From NCBI GenBank assembly GCA_016748015.1, contig JAAOMT010000664.1, forward strand, positions 1,363,892 through 1,427,891: a DNA stretch of 64,000 nt, written 5' to 3'. This stretch comes from Geosiphon pyriformis uo1 (taxonomy: Eukaryota; Fungi; Glomeromycota). The notes beneath the pieces are model-generated. The model did not search any database, was not told where the DNA came from, and worked only from the letters and a program-made list of their open reading frames with translations. Of the stretch, positions 26,546 to 39,779 are shown piece by piece (the first letter of the stretch is position 1; each line of letters opens with the position of its first letter). Both the position numbers and the translations under genes were made by a program.

Positions 26546-26845
26546 TTAAAGGCACAGATTTGAGACTTTGAGATACAATTCTGTCCATAAATAATCACAA
26601 TTTTCTTTGGCATAACGTTTAGCTGCTCCCCAATATCTCTAATATTCTTTTTCATTATTGCTCCAATATTCCTCCTCATTATTGCTCCAATGTTCCTTTT
26701 TATCGTTCTCCCAATAATCTTCCTTTTAATTTTTCAAATCCTTTTTTTATTATTTTCTTTTTTGCCCTCTTTTTTTTCGCCATCTTCATTTTTATTATCT
26801 CTTCAATTTTTCTCTTCATTATCCCTCAATATTTTCTATCTAGAA
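26546..26845 (-). pseudogene. Decayed ORF with 24-bp (octapeptide) Trp-containing repeats
   Basis: The minus strand reads YWENDKKE-HWSNNEEE-YWSNNEKE-Y*RYWGAAKRYAKENCDYLWTELYLKVSNLCL*. The cattattgctccaat repeat is visible on the + strand. Confidence 0.45.
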
Positions 26846-26940
26846 CATTGTGAGGTTTTTTCAGGCTGAATTTTCCATCAGATGTTCTTGATTGATATTT
26901 AGAGTTTTGTTTTTGCTTTTGAGATAACAGTAGTAAGTTC

Positions 26941-28115
26941 AATACCTTCCTATAATTTTTAATAAAACTATCCAAATAATATTAGTAATTATTCTTTAAT
27001 AAAAGCCTTCATTCAATCTCTTCAAAAGATCTCGAGAAATACATGGTTTCTTTTCCATATCATTTTCTACTCTATTCAAATACAGTTTAGAATATTATTC
27101 AACTTTTTGTTGATTAAGAAACTATAATCTATTAAATTTAGGATTAAAAGATTACATTTTAAGTTGTAGAATTTCAAAAGGATTTTTTTAAATATAAATA
27201 ATAACTATAAATAAGTAATCGCCTACTTAATTTCTTAACTTTTTGATACTACTCTTTAATGAGCGAATCAAATAAACCCCTATCTCCTGTGAAAGATTTT
27301 ATGAAAGTTTTCGATTTTTGAGTGAATGGTAAAGTTTTTTATTTGATTTGATTTTTAGGCGAATCTCATACAATCAATAAAGTTTGTAGTTCCATTTTTT
27401 AATAATATCTTAATAATTTTAGGACTGTTTAAAAATAGAAAGCACCGATATAAATTGTAAAGGTATCACCTAACTTAGCGAAACTGCATTAAAATTTTTT
27501 TAATAAATAACCAATTCACAGCAAATCCCGAGTTATTAAAGAGATATGTCGTACAATAAAAAAGAAAATTCCACACAAATCATCGAATATCATAGGGTCT
27601 GCTAATAATATTGAGAAGATGCAAAATTTCGGAAACTTATGAATAATAAGAATCCGGCCTGGTGCTTTAGGTAATTTTTTCACGCTATGAATTTTTGCTT
27701 TCAAGAATTTCGTTTTGCAAGATATAGTGAGATAAGATGGGCGATGATATAAGGAGAGCCATTTAATTAAGGTTTATAAATTCCTTAGAAAATCTTATAT
27801 ATATATATATATATAATGCCTTGGTTAACTCAGAGATTAAAAGTAATATAATTAGTTAAAGGTGTAAAAAGATGTGAAAGATTTAATTAGTTTCATTCGC
27901 TTCAATATTTACCTTTGAAATTAACATAATTAGTTAAAGTCGTTTCATTCACATAAATATTTAGAATTATAAATTTCATTAACTTGCTCAAATAATTGAC
28001 TAAACTATATTTTACTTTTCGTTAGCAAATTTTTAAAGTCCATAAAATTATTATAATCGAAAATTACCAACTGTATTTAAAAATAAATTTGTTTAATAGC
28101 ACATATAAAATTAAT
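26941..28115 (+). repeat. Segmental duplication, left flank of the LINE (matches ~60963-62162)
   Basis: Direct, near-identical copy. It gives twin ORFs 27516-27704 and 61555-61749. Confidence 0.95.
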
Positions 28116-31100
28116 CTCATCCAAAAATTCTCAAAAGAATTATTTTTGAAAAAAAAGTTTTTTTGTTTTATTGTTTTGTTGCATCCTTATTACAATTTCA
28201 CAAAATACTAACTCTTTTGTAATAAACATAATAGCTGTCTCTAGTGTTATTATGCTGAAAAAAGGCGTCTAAAAAGGCACTTCATGGTTTAGCAAATGAT
28301 TTTTCTTTCAGAAGAAAAGAGTCCCAATTGGCAATATCAAAGACTTTGATAAGAATAAAAATATTTCTTTGGTCAAACTTTTTTCTGGCTTAGATGTATA
28401 CTTGAATATGAATAATGAGTCTAACAATAATAAAAACAGTATTGTATTAACTGGTGGTGGTGTTACAACAAGTAATAATAATAAAGTCCTCTTTGATTTA
28501 GTGATTATTACTTCTAAGATAAAAAAAATTAATACTAGTATGATAAGTAGTTCTCTTTTTAACTCTCTCAGTTTTAATATTAATGAAGATACAGTGTTTT
28601 TTCTCTTTTTTGTTCTCTCAAATTCAATGTAAACAATCTAATTAGAAAATTTTTTGCTTTAAACATTAATCTTTTAGCTATTAAGAGTAAATTTTTTAAA
28701 GACAAAATTGATATCAATTAGAAATTTTTTTTCAAGTGTAAACGATTTTAGGAGAACTTCGACTTTCTCAAAATTTAATGAAATTGTCTGTATAACTTTT
28801 ACATCTAAAGAAACTTTGTTAAAGATATTAAGTTTGGCAAAAATAACTAAGATTGATATAAACAGTAATCTTAATTGTCCTGGTAAACAACCACATAGAT
28901 CGGATTGTAATAATCAACGAGAACATTTAAGGTGGCTATGCATGCTGTACTAACTAAATTTAAAGAAATTATGTCGATTAGAATACAATTGGTTGGATTA
29001 TGGCAAAAGACATTGGTTAAAATCGATGATCATAGATAAGCTGATCTTCTGGCTTTTAAATAGTCTATCTTAATTAAAAAAACACTGTTAAAGTAACCAA
29101 AACTAATATTGACAAAACATTATAAGATTCCAGAAACATGCATAGAATCTTATTCTACACTTTGCTAATAAAAATAACAACTTATAATTTGTAAAACATT
29201 GTAGAAATAATTAATAAAAAAACATGTATAATCAATTATTATTTAGTTATATATATAAGAGCCAAATATGTTATATTGTATTTCGAACCAAGAAAAAGCA
29301 TAATATTAGCATTAACAGTATTTTCAGTTTTAAAAATTCTACTTAAAACAAAAAAAATCCAATTTAGTCTATTTTAATGTGTAAATATTTCAGTCATGTT
29401 TTTTTTATGTGTTTAATCAATACATTACCAACTTTTATGATTAAATCAATCTTTGTTTTTTAGATTTAGATAAATACAAACTTACAGTTATTTATATTAA
29501 AAAAACAGTCTCAATTGTTTGTTTAGTTTTTTTTGATAAGTTATTATATATTTAAGTTATTGATTATAGTGTTTTTAGTTTTTTTTTGAATCTTTATTTC
29601 AAGTTATTATTTTTTATGGCTTAATAATTTCTTTTTTTTTTTTTTTTCTTTTTGGACACTTATTTAAATGTTTTTAAGTAATTTTTAGAGCTATTAACTA
29701 ACCAGATTTCAGTAATTTTTATCAAATTGGATTTAATTATGGTGTTTCTATTTTTGGTTTTATATATTTTACATTTATTAATAATTGTTTTAGCTAAAGT
29801 TGTTGTTAATAAAAATATAGAAATTTCAAATTGGTCTTTTTTTTCTTACTTTTGATATTTTAAATGGTTTTTAATTTTTAGATTCGTAGTTTAAAAACCA
29901 AAATATTAGCATTAAAGAATTTTATTAGTGCTATTTTGGCTCAATTAAATCTTTTGGTTTTTAATACTGGTTTTGTTTTTAATCTGGTTTTTCAATAACT
30001 GAGCTATATAAAAAGTTATTATATATAATGTGTGTGAATTAAACAACTTTGTTAAACAATTCAATATTATTTTTTAACATAAAAGTATGTACAATTTAGT
30101 CTCAATAATTTTAAAACAAAGTTAAAAAATAAGATTAAGTTATAAATTATAAATAAGTTTGATAAAATTAAAGTTTTTATCTAGATATTAATTTTTATTA
30201 CATAAGTTTTAATATTATTATTATTATGAATATTGATTTAATTCAATATATTTACAAAGTTATAAAAATAGTTAATTGGTTTTTATCAATATATCTAATA
30301 TTTAAAAATTATTTTTTGGTCTTAATTTTTAATTAATACATTAATATTACTTTGAAAAAAAAGTTAAATCAATCTAATAAAGTTAATTTAATAGTAATTA
30401 TTGCTTTAAATAATAGTTTATTTATAATATTTGGTAAAAATTTTAATAAAAACAAATCTGATTATAGTATAAGTTTTAGAAAATTCAGGAATTTAAAACT
30501 GTTTAATTTTTTAAATAGATTTTTTTTAGCAAATATCTTATATAATCAAACTTTAAAGGAACCAAAAAGTATATTAATTTTATTTTAGTTATTAATAATT
30601 TTTATAGTTTAATATTTAATCAGCTTATTTATTAATTAGATAAGTTTTTTAATACTAATTATTCTGTTGTTTTTATAAATATTAGTTTGAAAAGTCTTCT
30701 TAATTTTTAGCTTAATTTTATATATAAATAAACTAATAAAAGTATAAAGTTAATAGAATTAATGTGAGTGTAAAAAAAAATTTAATAATATAACTTTAAA
30801 TATTACTTTAAACATAATAAATATTTTAATAAATACAAATTGGTTGGTAATCTAATAAAATATGAGCTTTGCTTATTAAGATAATAAATTTTATGGTTAA
30901 TATTGTATTATTAAAAACATAATATTAAGATAATAAAATAATTAAAAACACTGTATTTTTTAAATTTTACAGTTTAAAATTGCTTGTTTTTAAGATTTTA
31001 AAAGTATTTAAGTCGAATAATTTAAATAGGCTTCAGTTTTTGTAAATTAAATAAGTTAGTTTAAATATTGATTGAACTATTGAGTTTGATAAATTTTTTG

Positions 31101-34100
31101 TAAATAATTTTAATAAGATTAAAATTAAACAGATATTGGCTTAAATCAAAAAAACTTATAGGTTTTATAAGATAATTATAATAAAATTCGTTAAAAATAG
31201 TCATATTAAAACTGTTATAGTCAAATATATAGAGAATTTTATTACAATAAAAATCAAATAATTAAGAATATTATTAAATTATTTGGTTAATAATAATATA
31301 TTAATTTTGAAATCTAAACTAGTTAAGTATAAAATAGATTCAATTATGAAAAATTAGACTAGAAAATATGTTATTAAAAATATAATTCTTTTTATTGACA
31401 ATAACAATTTGTCTTATTTGTTTATATTAATAATAATGTATTATTTAATATAATAAAAAAAATTAGTTTTGTCAAATTTTTGCTAATTATTAAAAATTTT
31501 TTAAATAATAATACTGCTAATTTGTTTGATATATTCAATAAAATGTTTTTGAGTTTGCTTAATAAGTGTTTAAAAAAAATAGTTCTTAATATGCGAAAAA
31601 AAGCTTAAATATCAATAATTTTAAAGTTTTATAAATAAAAAAGTGTATTTATAAATATAAAATCTATTGTTTTAATTAAAACTATTAGAAAAAATATTTT
31701 TCTAAAATTCTATTTAATTATATTTTGGTGGCTTATAATTCTGTAAATTGGTTATATTTAAACAATAATTTAATTAAAATAAAAATATATGTCAAATTTA
31801 TCAAATTCTTTAGTTATATTTATTATAGTCATATTAATAGAATTATAATTGACTTTAATTTGTTTAATAAATATATAAGATACATAATAGTTTGAATTAA
31901 AGTAAAAGTTTTTCTTTTTTTTTGTAAAAAATCTTTTTTAATATTTTTTCGTTATTAGTTTAATTTAAAATTTGTAATAAAAATTAACAAAATTAAATTT
32001 AATATATATTTGATATTATTTTTGGCTGTTAATACTTTTATAAATAATATAATTTAAATTGATAATAGTATTATAATCGAATTAACAAACTAATAGATAG
32101 CAAAAAAAAACAGTATTATATGATAATAAATTAATCAAAAAAAATAATTTAACTTTTAATAAGCAAATTAAATTAGTAAAAATTTAATATGTAAAATTAG
32201 TTTCATAAATATTTCAATTGCTATTCTTTTTAAAAATAACAAAAAAATTTGAAGATAAAAAAATAGTCTGTACTGTTAACAAAAAATAATACATTAGTAT
32301 AATTTTATGTCTTATATTAACATTCTTAAATTTTAATATTAAGTATTAGCTATATTTTTTAATAAATTTTTATTTAATATACTTTACAAAAATTACAATT
32401 ATACAAATTAAAAAAAAAAGATAAAAATACAAAAAAAGAAATAAAAAAGTTAATATTATTGTATTAATCTAAATATAATTTGAATATAAATACATTTTTA
32501 TAACTTATTTTAAAAATAGAATGGTTAATTATATAATATTAATAACTAATACATATGATTAATTATAATTAAATAAGAATTAAAAAATAAAAGTTTTATC
32601 TGTAATAATAGTTATATAATAATACAAATTATTTTAAACATTACTATTAAGTTTTTAAAATTATTTTGAATAAAACTGTGATTATACCAATGAATATTAA
32701 AATTAAAATATGTTTTTAAGCATAAACAATTTCATAATTTCAATTGTAATAACTAATAAGTCTTATTAATATTTGAATATATATTTATTATTTAAAAATT
32801 TTTTTGGTTTTAGTTTAAAAAAATGAATTCAAATATAAATTTTTCTCTTTTATAGTTTTATAAAAAACAATTTTAACAAATAGTTCTTATATTTAGTTTT
32901 AGTTATTTTATAACTTATTATTAATTATAAAACTTAGTTTAGTTTTATTAATAAAAATGTTTATATTAGATAAAATTGTTTAATTAAAAAAGATTTAAAA
33001 TTAAAAACTTATTTTTCTTAAGATTTTCTAAGTGAAGTTATATATTATTTGTTTTTTATAATTTAAAGCTCTTTAATTAGATTTAAATAGAAAAAAAAAA
33101 TAGCTTTAATTATGAATTTTATCAATGTTTATAATATTTTAAACAGGTTTTTTAAATATAAATTGTTAGATTTACAGATTTTAAATAATTTATTTCAGTT
33201 TTTAATTAAGTTAAAAATCAATTTACTAAACAATTTTTTGGTTAGCATTACCAAAATTTTTTGTGCAACAAAGTTTCTTTAATAATCTATATATTTAATA
33301 TATTTTGTTTTAAAAATAGTGTTTTGGTTTTAAATATTTTGAATTATTTAAAGTATTTTAAGAATGTTAAATTTTTTAAAATTAAATAATTGTCTTATTA
33401 TATACTTTGGCTTGAAAAGTATTTGTTTATTTAAAATTAAAATTTTTATTGATAGTTTAATTAAAAATCTTAATTTGTTTTATATTATTAGTAATATAAT
33501 AGCTTATTTTTCTAACTTAAATATAATAATAAGTATAAAAGTCTATGGTTTATTGTTTTTAACTTTGACTGAATTACAAGTTATAATATTAATTCTTAAA
33601 TATATTATAGTATTTACCAGAATTTATATAAACAATTAAACTGCTTTAAATACTTGTTAAACAGAATTAAAATTGATTAAACTAGATTTTTATAATAATT
33701 AATAGATAAAATGCTATTATATTATTAATATTATTAATAATAAAAACATTTTTTTAAGATAATCAAAAATAAAAAATTATTATTGTGTTTTAAATAATAA
33801 ATATGCTAACAAATTAGCATATTAAACTTTTTTATAATTTAATACTATTAGTAAATATTTAAAAAAATTTTGTGGTTGTTAATAATAAAGTAATTTTTGA
33901 TAATATATGTTACTTTATAAAATTGTTAAATAATATAATTTAATGTGTTTTATAGAAAATAAGCCTTAGTATTAATATTATAAATTGTTTATATATTAAT
34001 AATATTAAATAAAAAATCACTGTTTTAATTTGGTATTTTGACTTACATATGTTTATTAGATATATTAGCAAGATTACAGTAGAATTATATACATATATAA

Positions 34101-34830
34101 TAAAAATATTACATAAAAAATTGTCTGTTATAATTAAAAAATAACTTTATAGTAAGTACTACTCAAGTATTTTATGTATATATTATAGTAATATAAAGTT
34201 TTTTGATTATAGTTTTATTTACAATTCAGACTTTTCTGCTCATAAAAATCTGTTGGCTAATCAGCTTAAGCTTTAAAAGTTTTTAACCAGTATAAAATGT
34301 TATTATTTTTTGTATTTTAGTTTTTGTATTTTGATATTATTAATATTAATTTATATATGGCATTAAATAAAGGTTTCATGTTTAAGTTTTGGTTAGCTAA
34401 AACTATATTAGTTTTTAAGATCAAGTTGGCCATTTTTTATTTGGTCAATTTTGTGCATAATCTGATTATTAATTACAGTGACAGAATTTGGTTGTCTAAT
34501 TCAAAACTTTGAATGAAAATGGAGAAGAATGGTTCTTTGTCTGTTGTCAAGTTGAAGTCAATTGATGTTCAGAGGCTTTTAGGTTGTATTTTGAAAGAAA
34601 TGACACATTTATTAAAAGTCAGACTGTTTGTTTTGAATCTAGAATTAAGCAATTGTTTTATACTAGTGCTAGTAACAATGTTTCTGTTAATATAGTTGTA
34701 TAGTATTGTCTTGACTGACTGAGTGACTGGTCATATGTAGAAAGTGCATGAATTATATTTAATTTAAAACTTTGGCAGTTGTATTGTATTAAATAGTGAT
34801 TGGGTCACACTCGGAAAATGAAAAAAAATA
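28116..34830 (+). mobile_element. Full-length non-LTR retrotransposon (LINE: ORF1 with Zn knuckle; APE endonuclease, RT and RNase H), inactivated by massive C->T/G->A mutation
   Basis: TSD AAAATTAAT at 28107-28115 and 34831-34839, an A-rich 3' tail, and an empty site at 62154-62162. Decodable motifs are C-x4-H-x4-C (~29379-29412), APE VIIYNVCELN (30015, cf. xNVRGLN) and GKNFN (~30432, cf. GGDFN). RT motifs are SLN*SKSFSFFL*KIF (31889, cf. GLxQGxxxSPLLW) and FINN (32037-32048, cf. FVDD). RNase H remnants IFIDS/TELQVI are in ORF 33364-33639. Confidence 0.9.
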
Positions 34831-34839
34831 AAAATTAAT

Positions 34840-36616
34840 AGAAATATAATCATGTGATAAAAGGCTTTGTTTCTATAACAGGTATTTAGATTCGGTATTT
34901 TTTTTACAGAGTGAATTGATAGTTAAAAATTTATTCGAGTAATAATGTATTTGTTAAATCTTTATATGCAGTAACTTCATTTTATAGAGCTTTTGATAAT
35001 TTATTAATTAATAATGATAAAATATTTGGTTTTTTTAAATTAAATGAGCAAGGATTATTTAAAATTAGCCATTTTATTTTTATGCATCATATATAGAAAA
35101 ATTCTAAGCAGTCTATTTTCAACAAAAAACCAGTGTTGAATTAAGCTCATATTTACATAGTTTGACTATTTCAAAAAAGGAATATGATTAAAAATTTTTA
35201 TCTAATAAATTAATGTGCCATTTTTTTCTATATAATACACTCGGGGGCGGAAGAGAATTAAATGTTACTTTATTATATAATTTTAGATTATAGTCAATAT
35301 TTAATATTTTACCTTTCTAGATGCATTGTCAATTAATATATTAATTACTGCCAGTCCTAAAATTTTTTTTTTTTTACAATTGAATGAAATTTTAACAAAT
35401 TCTAGATTATCTTTGCAAATTTTTTTTAAGTGGGCCTGCCTATGTTAAACCATCTTAATCCATTTGATTGATTTCGCTTTAAGCCTTTTGTAAATAATAA
35501 GGAATTTCGATTTAAAATTATAAATATTAGTAAGCTTCATTAAAATTCTCATGTAAGACTCATTGGTTGAAAACAAAGGCAAGAAAAAGATGAATGCAAT
35601 TAAAATCCAAAATCTATGCCCTGAAAAATAAAAATAAATAAAAGAGATAAAATAATGCAACCCATAACAAAATAAAATGAAATGGAATTTTGGTATTATT
35701 TACAGTAAAACTATAATCGTATTTTCAAATATTCTATATCTAGACTTAATATATGTATTCTATAGCTCTTTAAGTCTGCATATTCCTCCTATACTTAGTA
35801 GGGTTCAGGCTGCTGAGTAGCGTCAGACCAAGTTGAACAACAAGGAAATTAATTTAGAAAGACGCATCAAAGAAAATTGATATCAAAGGGTTAAAGCAAC
35901 ACACGCCTAGCTAAATAATATAAAAATATGAAAAATTCTTGTAAGGATCTCCAGTTTCTCAAAGATCTTTTCTTAGGAGGCCTAAGGTCTAATAGAGAAA
36001 ATACTCCGAGTGATTTAGTAGCTATATATCGAACAATTACTCGCATCTCTTTGAAAAACCCATATCTAGAGAAAATTTTCACATTCATCAATATTTATCC
36101 AAAAATATTAGTGAATGCGAAAAGTGAAATTATATTTTGAATATATACCAAGACTGTGGTTTTCAACGTGTGAAACTAATTGCTGTTAATCGAGAACTGA
36201 TCTTAATAGAAAACTATTTTATTTTTTTTGATAACTTTTACTCTTTTCGAGTCTCTTTATTAAATATTTATTAAAATCATTTGTTTATATCATTGTGGAG
36301 TAAAAAACTAAAGCACCATCTAATAATTTTAATTAGCGGAGAAACTTAGGTATATATTTGAAAGTTTTATTTCTAATGCTATTCAGCTAAAGAGCAGTTT
36401 ATAGCTTAACTTGTGATAAAACCTATACTTTAGAAATTAATAGTTGTTTAATAAGAAGTCTTTTTTAAATTTATTTGATGTTTTAAAATAGATAAATGTT
36501 ATTCTTTTAACTTTATTGTTGAACTTAAAATGGTAGGCTGTAAAATATTTCGCTAGTGAAAGTTTCTAAGATAGACAGCACAACCTTCAAAAGTATAAAA
36601 TTTAATTAAAGCAAAT
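34840..36616 (+). repeat. Segmental duplication, right flank of the LINE (matches ~62163-64000 and, inverted, 10300-11405)
   Basis: catgtgataaaaggctttgtttctataac... resumes colinearity with the copy at 62174 onward. Confidence 0.95.
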
Positions 36617-37691
36617 TTATCTTTTTATAATTTGAAAAACTTCATACTCCTCGACAGAGAAATTCATATGTTGATTTTCTGACCCAGGCATTATAGCATG
36701 CTCATAACTAATTGTCTTTTGACAAGTGCACGCTGAACTATTTTTAAAATCATTGCCACTCAATCTAATATCCCATCCAAAATAGGGTCCCCAAACTGTT
36801 CCACCATAAGGTCCACATCCTGTAACAAATTTGCTAAGTATAGCATTTTCAGCATTGTCATCTCCAAGAGAAAAAATAAAACTTCCTTTTCCATCTAGCC
36901 ACTGATCCCGAGAGTGCCAAGATTGTGGGTTAAAGCCGCCAATTATCTGACCAGTTCCTTTCACTTTGATTACGCTAATTGTTGCTCCTTTATCATCGCA
37001 TAATCGATGGAAATCAGCTGGAGTAAATCCGTCTCGACTGCCTCGAAGTAACAATTTAAAATCATTTCCAAGTTTGCTTTCAAAAGGAGTATTTTTGTTT
37101 TTGCCTTGAAACCAATGATCAAGCTGCTTTATATTATGTAACTTAAGAAGCTTTGAACCAGTTGATCGGAATGGCTGAGCGTCTACAGATTTTTGATGAC
37201 TACCCGGTACGAGATAATGATGTAAAAGATCTTCATATAAAGTTCCAGGTAAAATTCTCGCAAATGGTTTGACTTTGTGATAGAAGTCAACTGAAGATAT
37301 GTGAAAGAAGCGGATTAAAGGTAGAAGCCTTTCGATGGATTCCTTAAAGGCGTTTAAGTTTTCATCTGTCCAGTAAGGAACTTTTTTCGTCTGAATATTG
37401 TTATCTAATTTAGCAATTCCCCATTCTACAATCTTTTCCCATATTTCAGATTCTTCTATATTTAGATCATCCTGGGTTAAAATTGAGACAAGAGCCTTTT
37501 CACTAAGAGAGGTAAAATCTTGCGAATCGAAAACTATGGCTGGATTGTTAGCAGCTATTTCGGTGCAGAATTTTTNNNNNNNNNNNNNNNNNNNNTTCGC
37601 CAACTATAATTCTAATATCAGAGAATTTCTGACTGTCAAATAAATTTCCAAAATCATTGGATAAAGCGTGAAAGTATTGTTGGGGTGACAT
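36617..37691 (-). CDS. BTB-BACK-TLDc protein, copy 3 (assembly gap 37576-37595)
   Basis: ATG at 37691 (MSPQQYFHALSNDF..), with an open BACK-TLDc frame to the stop at 36617. The gap hides most of the BTB domain and the intron. Confidence 0.85.
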
Positions 37692-38450
37692 CGGTAAAAT
37701 ATGAGAAGTTTGGGTGAGGTCTTTTTTCCCTACGATCAGTATATATATTTATCCGGAGGTGAAGTCACATGTTAACCCGCACATTATCGATTGATCAATT
37801 AATTCCGAGTCTTTAAAAATTCCCCATTATGTTGGTTCTTTAAACATTATCTCTGAGAGGTCATTCTTAATAAAACCGCCTCCAAAGATCACAGCCTCTA
37901 TTTGAAAAGCATGAAATATCTAAACTGTTAATTTTGAATCCAGATTACTCTTGACTGAAACTTTTTCTTTATTATATTTACTCTCAAACTATCAAACCAT
38001 TTAATAAATTAATGAGAATATTTTTTTTTAAAATAAGTTATTCAGAATTGGTCGATTTTGGTCATTTTTCCATATTTACATTCATCTTTCCAAATAATTC
38101 AGATTGTTTAATAAAGAATTTCTTAATTTAAAGAGAAAAAATATTTTGGCAGTAATTTTTTATCAATAATAAAAACTAGTGATCAAAGTTTTTTTTAAAG
38201 TTCCATTTCAAGATATTGAAATATTTTATTCACAATAAGCAATTTTTTCGAACAAAATTGATTGATTCTATTATCGTACTTTTTCATTCTAACTATGATT
38301 CTTTTAAATCTTATAGAAAACGAAATCCAAAACTCCATAATTCTTCCTAAATTATTTTAATTTGTTTTTTCCTAAAACGCTTACAAACTATCAAAAAATT
38401 ATAAACAAAATTTTTAGGACGACTAAGATTTTTATTCTTCATTAGAATAC

Positions 38451-38452
<2 letters not shown>

Positions 38453-38529
<77 letters not shown>
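38453..38529. repeat. (ATT)n microsatellite, ~25 units
   Basis: Directly visible. It produces the spurious poly-N ORF 38347-38571. Confidence 0.95.
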
Positions 38530-39779
38530 AATTATTGTAATCAGTTTCTTGGTTATTGATTCTATTTGCAATTTCTAGTCGATATTGTTTTTTGGAATAA
38601 GACATTTTAAGCCTAATTTCTACAAAATTGTAAAATACTATCAATCAAAAATTGTATATAATAGTAGTAATGTAACTTTACAATTAGATTTTTCCTTTAT
38701 CTATTTCATAGAAAGGTGTTCAGGTACTCTGGAAAATTATAAAATTACTTGCATTAAATGTTTTTTGCTAAATTAATAAGGATTTATCTGAGAAAATCAG
38801 TTGTATTAAAGTATTGATATGTCATAACAAATTGCAAGTTTCAAAAGACCTCATCTATAACAAATTGATTTATAATATTCTTTTGTTCAGAGGATAATTC
38901 CGTTGCTGATAATCTCTGATCATCTTCAAATATCGAGCTAAAAATCTTCTCTTATTGAATTAAGGAAAGTTTGTCAGCAAACCTCTCCAGAATAAATTCG
39001 TAGAATAAATGTATAACATTCAAGGAAATTCTACCAAAAATTTCGATAATTTTATAATGTATTCTTTATTGTAATTGTTCAAGTCTTTACATAGCAAAAA
39101 AATATGAAAGATTTAATTTTATAGACATTTAAATGATAATTAAAATTAATCAAAGCCAAAAGTTTTTGAGTATGATATTATTTAGCGTTAAAAATTTATT
39201 TAATAGATGCATTATATAATTTTAAATTTCATTATAAGGTTAATAGAAATTTTAGCAAATAAAAATTTTAAAATACATATTTTGGTACTTTTCTATATTA
39301 AGATAAACGACACTGTTCAAACGCTATTAAATGCAGTCTTACTCGTTTTCTAATGATTAGTTGACGAATTTGAAAGACCATTATGAAACTTATCGTTAAA
39401 TTATTGGAATAATGCTTTTTTTCAAGATGATAAACCCATGAAATTGCTACATCAAGTAAATATTCATTATAAAGCAGTTCCTCAACCCCCAGAATGAATG
39501 CCTATTTTAATAAGAGCTAGAAATTTTATTTAAATAGGTAGTTTCACTAAATTCATCTTGATAAAATGAAATTTGAGCTTGACCCAATTAGTTAGTAATA
39601 GATTTGGAAAGAGGGGCTTTGAATATGAAAGGAGGAGCTGAAGCTGTTTCCAATTTTTCAAGTAAATCAACACCATTTGGAGATATTTATCTAAATAGTT
39701 TTATTTACTTATTTACATATTCTGCTCTATTTGTTTTTATTTTTTTTAACAAAGTTATTTAATTTACATGACTTATAAA

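Noticed and set aside
29500-34200. Mitochondrial or Mollicutes-endobacterial insertion, or an alternative genetic code, as the cause of the AT richness
   Set aside because: Stops of all three types fall at inferred Trp/Gln positions, LINE motifs occur in the right order, and the block has a TSD and A-tail.
39290-39690. Crinkler-like gene fragment
   Set aside because: Coding-like composition, but no motif was convincing enough to call.
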